The notes below the pieces were generated by a model. It did not search any database and was not told where the DNA came from. It worked only from the letters and a program-made list of their open reading frames with translations. Positions 29,807-39,391 of a DNA stretch of 64,000 bases are shown here, in pieces (position 1 is the stretch's first letter; every line of letters begins with the position of its first letter). Origin of the DNA: Promethearchaeota archaeon (GTDB taxonomy: Archaea > Asgardarchaeota > Lokiarchaeia > Sigyniarchaeales > SOKP01). The DNA is taken from the NCBI GenBank assembly GCA_048941385.1, contig JBHLNR010000001.1:3715-67714 (forward strand). Reading direction: 5' to 3'. Position numbers and translations under genes: made by a program.

Positions 29807-30262
29807 TTAATGTTGTTCTGAACATGCGCATTCTTGTGAATTTAATATTTGTTCCCCGCAAGGACATGTTTTTGGGTGCCCATATTTCTCACAGATTTTA
29901 TTTATTATCTCACATGAAAGAAGTAGACTTAACTTTTCACTTTCCTGATGAGATATTTTTGAACTTAAACCCAATTCATTGAACAATAATAGCTCAAGAA
30001 GACGACTATGTCTATTTAATTCTTTTGCAAGTTCAAAACCACGTTTAGTTAGAAATGCTTCATGATATGGCTCATAATCTACATAACCTTGTTTTTTAAG
30101 TCTTTTGATACAACTTCCTAAAGTGGAATGTGGGATATCGGGTTTTTGGACTACATAAGTCAAAAATGGATCATTATCCAATTTCTTTTTTATCTTTCCA
30201 ATTTTTAAACCCTTTTCCGAACTCATTAAAGTTTTAATTACAATATAATCTATATCCATCAT
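29807..30262 (-). CDS. DtxR/MntR-family metal-dependent regulator
   Basis: IKRLKKQGYVDYEPY, LTKRG, RHSRLLE and GHPKTCPCG motifs. Confidence 0.85.
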   Translation of the reverse strand: MMDIDYIVIKTLMSSEKGLKIGKIKKKLDNDPFLTYVVQKPDIPHSTLGSCIKRLKKQGYVDYEPYHEAFLTKRGFELAKELNRHSRLLELLLFNELGLSSKISHQESEKLSLLLSCEIINKICEKYGHPKTCPCGEQILNSQECACSEQH

Positions 30263-30282
30263 TTTGTGATTTACCTTATTAT

Positions 30283-31047
30283 TTAATGTTCATGCATACC
30301 TAAAGATAATAAAATCCACATTAATGAAATTCCCAAAATAATAAGTAGCAATTGGCGAATACTATATTTTAACTGAGTATCTTTATGCAACTCAGGGGTC
30401 AAGTCAGTTAATGCAATATATATGAAACTCGCTGCTGATACGGCTAGTAGAAAGGGAACTAATGCATCAAATGGATTTAATAAAAAATATGCAATTATAG
30501 CAGAGGGGATTGTTGTAGAACTAGAAAGTGCGTTAAATATGATTGCCTTCTTTTTTGAGTATCCCGAATGTAATAAAATAGCAAAATCTCCTGTTTCCTG
30601 TGGGATTTCATGAGATATAATTGTAATGCCTACTATAACTCCAAGATGGAATTCAGTTAGAAAAGCCGTTGCTATAACAATACCATCTGTAAGATTATGA
30701 ATAGCATCTCCAAGAAGTATAATGGGCCCTGAAGCATGGGAATGAACCTCACATGAATTATCACGACAATTTCTCCAAGCAATAATTTTCTCTAAGAAGA
30801 AAAATATGAATATTGAGATTAGAACCGTTGGCATAATTAAATGAGGTTCTCCACCTGAACTCTCAATAGCTTCGGGAATTAATCCCAGTAAAGAAGCAGT
30901 TAATAACACACCTGTCGCAAAAGATAATAGAGAGGGAATAATCTTCTTTTGTATACTCTCTTTTAATATCATAAAGAGTGATGCTGCTAGTATCGCACCA
31001 ATACTGCCCAATATGCTAAATAGAATAACCCAGGCAAGAATTTTCAA
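30283..31047 (-). CDS. ZIP-family metal transporter
   Basis: SFATGVLL, GDAIHNLTDG, HEIPQETGDF and DLTPELH motifs. Confidence 0.92.
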   Translation of the reverse strand: MKILAWVILFSILGSIGAILAASLFMILKESIQKKIIPSLLSFATGVLLTASLLGLIPEAIESSGGEPHLIMPTVLISIFIFFFLEKIIAWRNCRDNSCEVHSHASGPIILLGDAIHNLTDGIVIATAFLTEFHLGVIVGITIISHEIPQETGDFAILLHSGYSKKKAIIFNALSSSTTIPSAIIAYFLLNPFDALVPFLLAVSAASFIYIALTDLTPELHKDTQLKYSIRQLLLIILGISLMWILLSLGMHEH

Positions 31048-31105
31048 TCACATCAAATAGTTTATGACTTATTTTATGTAGGTTATAGTTATTTTAAAAA
31101 TATAA

Positions 31106-31127
31106 AATTTACGATGAATCGTAAATT
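31106..31127. promoter_or_regulatory. Perfect palindrome, candidate DtxR-family operator
   Basis: AATTTACGAT-GA-ATCGTAAATT about 60 bp upstream of the ZIP-DtxR pair. Confidence 0.6.
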
Positions 31128-31250
31128 CATACAAATTGAATTCTATTAAATTCTCTCTCAAAAGATTAAAGTTTATCAAAAGAACTTAATAATAAGAAAA
31201 CCCAATTAATTAATAAATCAAAATTAATATTGATCTAAAGGGTATTCATT

Positions 31251-32681
31251 ATTAAAAAATCACTAACTCTAACTTGTATTGATTGTAAAAAAAAATTTGA
31301 ATTTAGGTCAATTCAACATAAGTGCCCTGAATGTAAAGGATTATTATGGTTTGAATTCAATTTGCTAAAATTAAAACAGAAATTCTTTGAAATTGAACCT
31401 ATTAATAAATTTTGGGATTTTAAATTTGCATTTCCTCAGATAGAGGATGATTATATTGTTTCATTGGGAGAAGGAGGTAGCCCATTTAGAAGTTCAAAAA
31501 AATTTGGAGAAAAATTAGGTTTAAAATTCCTATATTTTAAAGATGAAACTCAGAATCCAACAAATTCTTTCAAGGATCGTGCGGCAGCATTATTAGTGTC
31601 TCATGCGCGTAGCTGGGATTATAAAAAAATTATATGTGCTTCAAATGGTAATCAAGGTGCTTCATTAGCAGCCTATACTTCTGTTGAAGGCATGGGTTGT
31701 TTAAATATTATCCCTAAAATAATTGATGTAGGTAAAAAAGCTCAAATGATTGCTTACAACTCTGAATTAGAAGTAATTGGAGAAACTGTTGATGAAGCGA
31801 TTGAATCTCTGGTATTAAGAAAGGATGTCAAAGATTTCTATCAAGGTACTCCTGATTTAAATCCACTTACTCTTGAAGCCCAAAAAACTATTGCTTATGA
31901 AATAGTTAAACAAGTGGAAGATCCAAATTGGATTCTAATCCCAATGGGGAGTGGAGAATTATTAGTGAGCTTATGGAAGGGATTCTATGAACTTCTAAAT
32001 GCCAATATCATAAAAAAATTCCCGAAATTAGTAGGAGTCCAGTCTCAACTCTTATCGCCTATTGTAAATGAATTCTTTGAAAAAAAAGAAGTCAAACAAA
32101 ACATAGAAATCCAAAAATCGCTTGCTTTGGGAATATTAGTAAAGAAACCGATATATAAAGATTTGGCTATAAGATGTATCAAAAAAAGTGGAGGTACAGT
32201 ATTATCAATACCAGAAGACAATATTCTAAATTCAATTGATAAACTCATTAGATATGAAGGAATTTTTGCTGAACCCGCTTCTGCTTTAACGGTAGCAGCA
32301 CTTCAATTATTAAATCAAAAAAATATTTTTAGAATTAATGATAAAATCGTTTGTATAATTACTGGAAGTGGATTAAAAGCACCTTATGTTTTAGAAGCAA
32401 TATCGTCTCAAACTAAAACAGCTGGAAAAGGATCAATAATAATTACAAAATTGAAAATTTTATCTCAAATTTCATTATCCAGTATTAAAGGAATAAGTGG
32501 AACTAAAATTCAAGAAATTATTGGAAATATAAGTTTAGCAGCGGTTTATCAACATTTAAAAGAATTAGAATCTAAAGGTTTGATTTCTCGCAAAAAAGAA
32601 GGAAAAAATGTGTTTTATTTTATAACTGAAGATGGTAAAAAGGTCTTAGACATTTTAGATGTTTTAATTACTTTACTCTAA
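31251..32681 (+). CDS. thrC: Threonine synthase-like PLP enzyme with N-terminal zinc ribbon and C-terminal winged HTH
   Basis: SLGEGGSP, NPTNSFKDR (PLP Lys), ASNGN, AEPASA and TGSGLK motifs. An in-frame CIDC...CPEC lies upstream of the track start. The C-terminus has AVYQHLKELESKGLI..YFITEDG. Confidence 0.82.
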   Translation: MKKSLTLTCIDCKKKFEFRSIQHKCPECKGLLWFEFNLLKLKQKFFEIEPINKFWDFKFAFPQIEDDYIVSLGEGGSPFRSSKKFGEKLGLKFLYFKDETQNPTNSFKDRAAALLVSHARSWDYKKIICASNGNQGASLAAYTSVEGMGCLNIIPKIIDVGKKAQMIAYNSELEVIGETVDEAIESLVLRKDVKDFYQGTPDLNPLTLEAQKTIAYEIVKQVEDPNWILIPMGSGELLVSLWKGFYELLNANIIKKFPKLVGVQSQLLSPIVNEFFEKKEVKQNIEIQKSLALGILVKKPIYKDLAIRCIKKSGGTVLSIPEDNILNSIDKLIRYEGIFAEPASALTVAALQLLNQKNIFRINDKIVCIITGSGLKAPYVLEAISSQTKTAGKGSIIITKLKILSQISLSSIKGISGTKIQEIIGNISLAAVYQHLKELESKGLISRKKEGKNVFYFITEDGKKVLDILDVLITLL

Positions 32682-33313
32682 ATTTTTTGAGAAACAGTTT
32701 CTTCAATATCAATCGAAATAAAGATTTTATCAAAAACCTGAGGCAAACTAGTCGTAAGAATATTACGAGTAATTGTTATTAATATTAATGATCCAATTAC
32801 TCCAAAGCCAAATTGAAATAAATTTCCTGGCAATTCAAATAAAGCCGCTCCTAATCCATATATTGGAAACTCAACAAAAAAGTAACCAATCACCATAATA
32901 AGTCCACCAAAAATTACTGCAATGACATCTCTATAATCAATTTTTAATAATTTCTTTTTTGGATTGCTAATTAAACCTACAACAAATCCTTCTAAACCTT
33001 TGATTATTAAAGTTGGAATAGCAAACTGTGGGAATCCAATAATATCTGCAATTGCAGATCCAATCCCTCCAGCAAAACCTCCAATAATTGGACCAAAATA
33101 TAAACCAGATAACATTACACCAAAATCACCTATATTTATATATCCTGTAGTTACAGGAATAGGTATTCTAATTATAATTGTTAATACACAAACCAATGCC
33201 GCAAATATACCTATAATTGAAATGGATAATACATTACTAGGTAAGAGATAACCCATTAGATTTTTAGCCTCGAAAACCTCTTCTTTTTTCATGATCTTCC
33301 TCTCTCCTATCAT
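32678..33313 (-). CDS. ECF transporter S component
   Basis: IPIPVTTGYINIGD, GGIGSAIADIIG and TLIIKGLEG motifs. Confidence 0.85.
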   Translation of the reverse strand: MIGERKIMKKEEVFEAKNLMGYLLPSNVLSISIIGIFAALVCVLTIIIRIPIPVTTGYINIGDFGVMLSGLYFGPIIGGFAGGIGSAIADIIGFPQFAIPTLIIKGLEGFVVGLISNPKKKLLKIDYRDVIAVIFGGLIMVIGYFFVEFPIYGLGAALFELPGNLFQFGFGVIGSLILITITRNILTTSLPQVFDKIFISIDIEETVSQKI

Positions 33314-33472
33314 AATTTCTCATTATGTATATATAAGTTTAAGCTTATATGTAAGTTTCAACTTATGTTTATCTCTTTTTGTATTTAAATCTTTAGGTTA
33401 GGGGCAAAGTTTAGAGAAATGCTGATTAGGTACTAAAAAATTAATCTATTAATTTGAATTAAAAAAATTGAA

Positions 33473-34429
33473 TTAAAAATTAGAATAAGTCATAAATTTA
33501 GTTCCTGAGCCTAAACTATAGAGTTCAAATTTTTGGCCTTTTTTCGTTTCACAGAACATCTGAATCATAGGGAATAAATAAATTTGTGTGGTTATTTGAG
33601 AGTCATCATCTTTCTCATGTTTTTTATAGTCACTTCTAGCAGCACCAATTGTTTTACTTATGTTCTTGTTCATATAACCTAAGGAAGCTTCTGCTTTAGA
33701 TTCTAATTCTTTGAAATCATTAAATCTAATCCCTTCTACATCTTCAATCATACTATGAAGATCGTCTCCAATTTCTTTTTCATATCTCGTCTGCGCACTA
33801 CTATGTAGTATTGGAATTCCTGTTATTACGGTTTTGAAGGGAACTGGAAGGATATCATATTTATACATGTTTTTATGTCCTCCACAATCTTTACATTGCT
33901 CTGTTCTGTTTCCAGTTCCATAACAAGCACCACAAGGATAAGAAAATACTTTTTTTTCTTTATTTTGTTCTTCACCAACCAAAACCGTTAAAGTTTCCTC
34001 TATTTTTCCAGTTCCTTTACAAGTCTTACATCTGTTTTCTAAATACCCTTTACCTTTACAAGTCTTGCATGGAACTGCTTGAATGGATTCATACTGTGGA
34101 ACTTTTTCATCTCCTTTCCAATTTTCTTTATTTATCTTAGTAGTACCCTTAAAAGAATAGAACTGTTCTCTACCTACTCTTGGAGCTGTAACTAAATTTT
34201 CTTCTTTCCCTTTTGGAGCAGGTCCAAGAGATCTTTTAACAGCAAAATATATAGCTGCTTCTTTCATTGTATCCTTTACATATTCCGCAGCACTAATCGC
34301 GTCTAAAGAAAACACTGCTCCTTTTGTTCCAAACTGTTTTTCCATCTTTTTCTTATCTATTCTTGCTGCCTTTTGTTTCCATTTTTCAAAGATATCATCA
34401 AGATTGGGTGTTTTGATCCTTACTGACAT
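33473..34429 (-). CDS. DnaJ-type CxxCxGxG zinc-finger protein without a J domain (SSUH2-like)
   Basis: CKTCKGKG, CKTCKGTG, CGACYGTG and CKDCGG repeats; no HPD motif. Confidence 0.75.
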   Translation of the reverse strand: MSVRIKTPNLDDIFEKWKQKAARIDKKKMEKQFGTKGAVFSLDAISAAEYVKDTMKEAAIYFAVKRSLGPAPKGKEENLVTAPRVGREQFYSFKGTTKINKENWKGDEKVPQYESIQAVPCKTCKGKGYLENRCKTCKGTGKIEETLTVLVGEEQNKEKKVFSYPCGACYGTGNRTEQCKDCGGHKNMYKYDILPVPFKTVITGIPILHSSAQTRYEKEIGDDLHSMIEDVEGIRFNDFKELESKAEASLGYMNKNISKTIGAARSDYKKHEKDDDSQITTQIYLFPMIQMFCETKKGQKFELYSLGSGTKFMTYSNF

Positions 34430-34579
34430 ATTATCATCACATATAACGTTTTATTAAAAATTTCAATAACTTTATTTAATTGATTTGGAATTATTAAATT
34501 ATAAATTGGTATAATTTATAATTTTTATAAAAAGTTAATCAGTCTAATAAACCTAAATTAGAGAAAAATCGAATAAAAA

Positions 34580-34741
34580 ATGTCTGCAGAAGAACGTCAA
34601 TCGGTTGAGTATTTCCTTGAATGGATTAAAGGTGGCGCATTTGGGCAGTGGGTCGAACATTTTTTAAATCAAGGAGATGAGGCAAAACTTAAACAGATAA
34701 AGGAAGTCTATGATAAAATAAAACGTGTTTTTGGGTTTTAA
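34580..34741 (+). CDS. Small hypothetical protein (53 aa, absent from the ORF track)
   Basis: ATG 34580 to TAA 34741: MSAEERQSVEYFLEWIKGGAFGQWVEHFLNQGDEAKLKQIKEVYDKIKRVFGF. It is more GC-rich than its flanks and is followed by a T-tract. Confidence 0.6.
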   Translation: MSAEERQSVEYFLEWIKGGAFGQWVEHFLNQGDEAKLKQIKEVYDKIKRVFGF

Positions 34742-34858
34742 ATTTCTATTCTTTTTTGTTGTCCTATTTTAAAGAATACTTTCATTCTTTCTAGAAAAAT
34801 TGAAGTGTACCTGTTCATTTATCTTTAATACAATTGAAGAATTTAGAAGGTTTCATAT

Positions 34859-37528
34859 TTGAGCATACCTAAAAGGAATTTTTTTATTGTTGTAGATCGA
34901 GAACATAAATCTAAGAAGGATCTAAATTTCAATGTTAATCTATTCTATTTGAAGAAATACAAAGAAAAAGATTTTAAATTCTCCTATATCAGTGAACCTT
35001 TTTTTAAGGGCACTCTTCTTTTAGGTTTAGATTTCAAAAATCGAATACGTCCCTTGAGATTCGAGAAAATTGAAAAAAATGGATCTTTTACTCCTGTTGA
35101 TCCTCGTATCTTTAAAAAATTTTTATTATCTATTAGTAACAAATTTATCGCTTTTTCAAATCAAACTTCTGTAAAAGATTTCGAATCTATGAAAGAAATG
35201 TTCAGAAATTTCCAAATTGATGAGAAAAAAATCAAAAATTTGACATTATGTAATTCTTGTTTAGATACTCAAAAATTCACTATTTTAGATGACAAACTTC
35301 AAATTAGATCCATTAAAAATAAAATGATCTGTTCTGATTGTGCTTACCAGATAGTTATACGGGAGGCAAAGCTTAGAGGTTTTGTTAACCAATCACAAAT
35401 CAATCCTAAATTGAAAAATTTTTTTACACATTTGATATTGAAGTTCAAAGATGTAAAAAAAGTCGCAAATGCGTTCCAGGCAGACTTTAATCCTGTAATT
35501 AACCAAAATATTACTCTTTATGACATAGAAAAAAGTACTCCTGTTAATAAGAGGTATTTAAATCAAACTATTAATGACTTAGAGATTCCTCAAGCCTTTA
35601 GAACTATTTTAATAAAACAAAAATTAAATGTTTTATTACCAATTCAGGCTATTTCTGTTGAAAATGGGTTAATAAAAAACTACTCAAATCAACTAATAAT
35701 GGCTCCAACTTCAGGAGGGAAGACGTTAATTGGGGAACTAGCAGGGATCTCCAAATTGTTAAGAAATAGAAACGAAAAAATGCTTTACTTTGTACCAATT
35801 GTAGCCTTAGCAAATTTAAGATATGAGGAATTTAAAGAAAAATATAAATCATTAGAAATAAAAATTATTAAAAAAATAGGAGAATCTTTATTTGAAAAAA
35901 GTGAAGAGGTAACTCTTGAGGATTTAACCAATGCAGATGTAATAGTAGCCACTTATGAAGCTATAGATTATATCTTAAGGAGTGGAAAAATATCTTATTT
36001 AGGAAATATAGGCACTATAATTATCGATGAGATTCAATCTTTAATAGACTCTGAGAGAGGATACTTATTAGATGGTTTTATAGCACGTTTGAAATTATTT
36101 TACAGTGAAGCTCAATTCCTGTATTTAAGTGCAACATTAGGAGAACCAAAGATATTAGCAAACAAATTAGGTTGTAAATTAATTAGCTATAACAACAGAC
36201 CCGTTCCAATTGAGCGACATCTACTATTATGTAATAGTGAAGCCCAGAAATACAAACAAATTTCAAAATTAGTTAAAGCAGCATATGCTAAAAGATCAAA
36301 TTATGGATTTAAAGGGCAATCGATAATTTTTACAAATACTAGGAAAAAATGTGAAATTATTACTTCAAATTTACAAAAGAAAGGAATAAATGTATCTGCT
36401 TACCACTCTGGATTAACTAATGAGGAAAGAAAGTATATTGAAGAAAATTTTAGATCTCAAAAAATTGCTGGTGTAGTTGCTACAGCTGCATTAGCTGCAG
36501 GTGTAGATCTTCCTGCAAGTCAGGTGATTTTTGAATCATTAGCAATGGGTATAAAATGGCTAACAGTTGCTGAATTTGAGCAAATGCTAGGGCGATGCGG
36601 TAGATTAAAAAAACATGAAAGAGGATTAGCATATCTTCTGGTTGAGCCAGGAAAAGTTTATTCGCCTAAAATGAAAATAAGAGAAGAAGAAATAGCTATA
36701 AAATTACTAAATGGAAAGATTAAAGATTTTGAATTACTCCCTAATGAAAGCAAGAGTCTAACAGAATTATTAGCTTTAATATCAATGTTCAATCAAGGTG
36801 TTAAAAGAGATATCATAGATATGTTTTTCAATTTTTTGATTAATAACAATTATGAATTAGATCTCTTTTTGAAAAAACTACATGACAGAAAGCTTGTTAG
36901 AATAAAAGAAAATTTTATTTATAAACCAACATATTTAGGGCAGGCTATAGCAAAATCATTTCTAACTATAGACGAATGTTTAGAAATTGTCGAAATTGTA
37001 AGAGATAAACAGAAACCTATTATTGATCTTGCGCTTGAGCTAAAACCTATCAAGAATGTTTATTTAGCAAAAGCAGTTGTATCTGATTTATCGAGAAATG
37101 TAAATATGAGATATCGTAGTAATAATTTATTCAGTGGTAGTGTTCTTTCACTAATGAATGCTGAATATGTACGCAAGAGGAAAACGTTTTCTCAAGAATT
37201 TATAGAATATGTATCAAAGTGGATAAATGATATCTTTAGTTGTAGTTGTAAAGATTCACCATATTGCGATTGTGGAAGATTAAACCTTGAAAAAATAATA
37301 ATAAATCTAAGAATATACAATGAATTAACAATAGAACAGATTTGTGACTATTTTGAAGAAGAATATAAAATAGTTATTCATAAGGGAGATATGATTGGTT
37401 ATTTAGAGAATCTTATATACAGTTTAGAAAGCATCAAAAATATTTTAGAAGGAATTCATGATTTGGATTCAAAATATAAAATTGAGTTACATGAAATTCC
37501 AAATTTAATTAATCAAATAAAATATTAA
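34859..37528 (+). CDS. Archaea-specific SF2 helicase (COG1202 / DUF5814-type)
   Basis: APTSGGKT, DEIQ, SAT, YHSGL, TAALAAGVDLP and QMLGRCGR motifs, plus a C-terminal CSCKDSPYCDCG. Confidence 0.88.
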   Translation: MSIPKRNFFIVVDREHKSKKDLNFNVNLFYLKKYKEKDFKFSYISEPFFKGTLLLGLDFKNRIRPLRFEKIEKNGSFTPVDPRIFKKFLLSISNKFIAFSNQTSVKDFESMKEMFRNFQIDEKKIKNLTLCNSCLDTQKFTILDDKLQIRSIKNKMICSDCAYQIVIREAKLRGFVNQSQINPKLKNFFTHLILKFKDVKKVANAFQADFNPVINQNITLYDIEKSTPVNKRYLNQTINDLEIPQAFRTILIKQKLNVLLPIQAISVENGLIKNYSNQLIMAPTSGGKTLIGELAGISKLLRNRNEKMLYFVPIVALANLRYEEFKEKYKSLEIKIIKKIGESLFEKSEEVTLEDLTNADVIVATYEAIDYILRSGKISYLGNIGTIIIDEIQSLIDSERGYLLDGFIARLKLFYSEAQFLYLSATLGEPKILANKLGCKLISYNNRPVPIERHLLLCNSEAQKYKQISKLVKAAYAKRSNYGFKGQSIIFTNTRKKCEIITSNLQKKGINVSAYHSGLTNEERKYIEENFRSQKIAGVVATAALAAGVDLPASQVIFESLAMGIKWLTVAEFEQMLGRCGRLKKHERGLAYLLVEPGKVYSPKMKIREEEIAIKLLNGKIKDFELLPNESKSLTELLALISMFNQGVKRDIIDMFFNFLINNNYELDLFLKKLHDRKLVRIKENFIYKPTYLGQAIAKSFLTIDECLEIVEIVRDKQKPIIDLALELKPIKNVYLAKAVVSDLSRNVNMRYRSNNLFSGSVLSLMNAEYVRKRKTFSQEFIEYVSKWINDIFSCSCKDSPYCDCGRLNLEKIIINLRIYNELTIEQICDYFEEEYKIVIHKGDMIGYLENLIYSLESIKNILEGIHDLDSKYKIELHEIPNLINQIKY

Positions 37529-37551
37529 GGTTTTTACTAATAAAACAGGAA

Positions 37552-38748
37552 TTAGGTTGTATGAATTTCAATAACATCTTTATCTTTTAAGATATAGTCT
37601 AAACCTACTCTTTTACGTTTTTGGCGTGCTCCTTCTCTTATGACTACAGCATGATCAAAAGATTCAAAAAAACTTTTATGAATCTTAATTGCAGCATCTT
37701 TTATGCTTGAGTCTTTATCCATAATCAAAGGTTTTTCCGCGATTTTTCCTGAGGTACTCATTGTATATATACGTATTTTTTTTAGATAACTAAGAACTAT
37801 TTCTCCAAAATCTGGAGGGAAATTTTTTTTGAGTATACTAATCCCAATTATTTTGGGAAATTTATCATTGTACTCTCGTATTAATTGTTCGAATGATTCT
37901 TCAGTATAGGGAAGATCACCCTTTGTTGCTATTATTATTGCTTTTTTATAAACAACCGAAGGTGTTAAAGCATCCACAAGATCATCAAATGTGATTGGTC
38001 CTAGTATTTTTACTATTGCATTTCTGATCCCATTTTCATGTACAATCTCCTTTACTTTTTCAGTGAATTCTTCAATATTTCCTACTTTTTTAGCTTCCCC
38101 TGTTAGATATAAAACTTGTATCTTGTTTGAACCTGTCTTTTGAACATTTATAGGAGGAGGTGGGACATTAAGTCTGATTTCTGCTTTATTTAATTCGTCC
38201 AAGAGTAAAGTCATTTGTTCTTCAATTGATCTCGATAGATCGATGCATATACATATTAGATCACATGATCTTATTTGAGCAAGTATTTCTTTCCCATTTC
38301 CTATACCTTCTGATGCGCCTTTCATAATAGAAGGCATTTCTACAATTTGGAATCGAATTTTTTGATATTTATAAATACCAATTTCAGGTAATGCTGTAAA
38401 TTTACCTACTTTTTCTTCTGCAGCACCAGTTAAATAATTTAAGAGGGTTGTCTTGCCTGTACCTGGGGTATAATAAGTACTAATTAATATTATCTGGATC
38501 CCTTCTTTTTTAATTGAAAAAGGGCTTACTATTTTTTGAGTAGTTTTTTGACGTTGTATTCGTTCCTCAAGTTCACGTTTCATCTTAGAAACACGAGATT
38601 TGTTTAAAGCTATAATTTTCTCAGTTGCTTTATGCTTAGGAACTAAAGAAATGAATTCCTCTAATAACTTTATTTTTTGTTCTAAGGATCCTGCATCAAG
38701 ATATTCTTGATATTTTACTTTGGCTTCTGCTCCAATATTTGAACTCAA
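37552..38748 (-). CDS. DRG/OBG-family GTP-binding protein with TGS domain (divergent G motifs)
   Basis: PKHKATEK, PGTGKTT, GASEGIGNG, TKGD, KIHK and LKDKDVIEI motifs. Confidence 0.85.
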   Translation of the reverse strand: MSSNIGAEAKVKYQEYLDAGSLEQKIKLLEEFISLVPKHKATEKIIALNKSRVSKMKRELEERIQRQKTTQKIVSPFSIKKEGIQIILISTYYTPGTGKTTLLNYLTGAAEEKVGKFTALPEIGIYKYQKIRFQIVEMPSIMKGASEGIGNGKEILAQIRSCDLICICIDLSRSIEEQMTLLLDELNKAEIRLNVPPPPINVQKTGSNKIQVLYLTGEAKKVGNIEEFTEKVKEIVHENGIRNAIVKILGPITFDDLVDALTPSVVYKKAIIIATKGDLPYTEESFEQLIREYNDKFPKIIGISILKKNFPPDFGEIVLSYLKKIRIYTMSTSGKIAEKPLIMDKDSSIKDAAIKIHKSFFESFDHAVVIREGARQKRKRVGLDYILKDKDVIEIHTT

Positions 38749-38772
38749 AAATCAATCCCTGTGAGTAGTAAT

Positions 38773-39228
38773 TTAAAAAATACTTCTAAATCGATCTTCT
38801 GTTTTTAGTTTTAAGTCTCCTAAAATATCATTAATACGTGTTTCAAATTCTTTAAAATATTTAGGTTTTTTAGAAAAAATATCATTTAATGAGTATCGAT
38901 TTAAAAAATACTTTAAAATCTCATTTAATTGTTCTTTAACTACTGGAACTTCTGTTCCTTTTTCTATAATGGCAAAAGATAATAAAGGTTGCTTATTCTC
39001 CACATCATCACCGGGTATTTGTATCATTTCACAGTAACAGACTAATTTAAAGCTTGCAAGTGAAATAACATTAATGTCATCTCCAAAAACCTCACTTGTA
39101 AAGCTTTCTAATGCAGTTAAAAATCCAGCACGTAAATTAGGATCTAACAAATTATCCGAAGATGAATAATACTTAATTTCTACTAAGTTTTTCATACCAA
39201 TGTTGATTCCAACTTCTAAAATTGCCAT
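38773..39228 (-). CDS. Longin/roadblock-like domain protein
   Basis: LDPNLRAGFLTALESFTSEVFG...FLNRY pattern. Confidence 0.65.
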   Translation of the reverse strand: MAILEVGINIGMKNLVEIKYYSSSDNLLDPNLRAGFLTALESFTSEVFGDDINVISLASFKLVCYCEMIQIPGDDVENKQPLLSFAIIEKGTEVPVVKEQLNEILKYFLNRYSLNDIFSKKPKYFKEFETRINDILGDLKLKTEDRFRSIF

Positions 39229-39391
39229 TTTTTCGAATAGGAACTTTGTTGATTTATAGAAATATTGTATTCCCTAGTGTGTTAAATAGTAATAATAAAA
39301 GTTTTTATTACTATCTTTTTTTAAAATTCATTTAGATATAATTTTAATTGTTTTTTAATTTATAAAAGGTTATTATCAAAAAATATTATAG

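Noticed and set aside
33473-34429. dnaJ call
   Set aside because: There is no J domain (HPD) or G/F-rich region.
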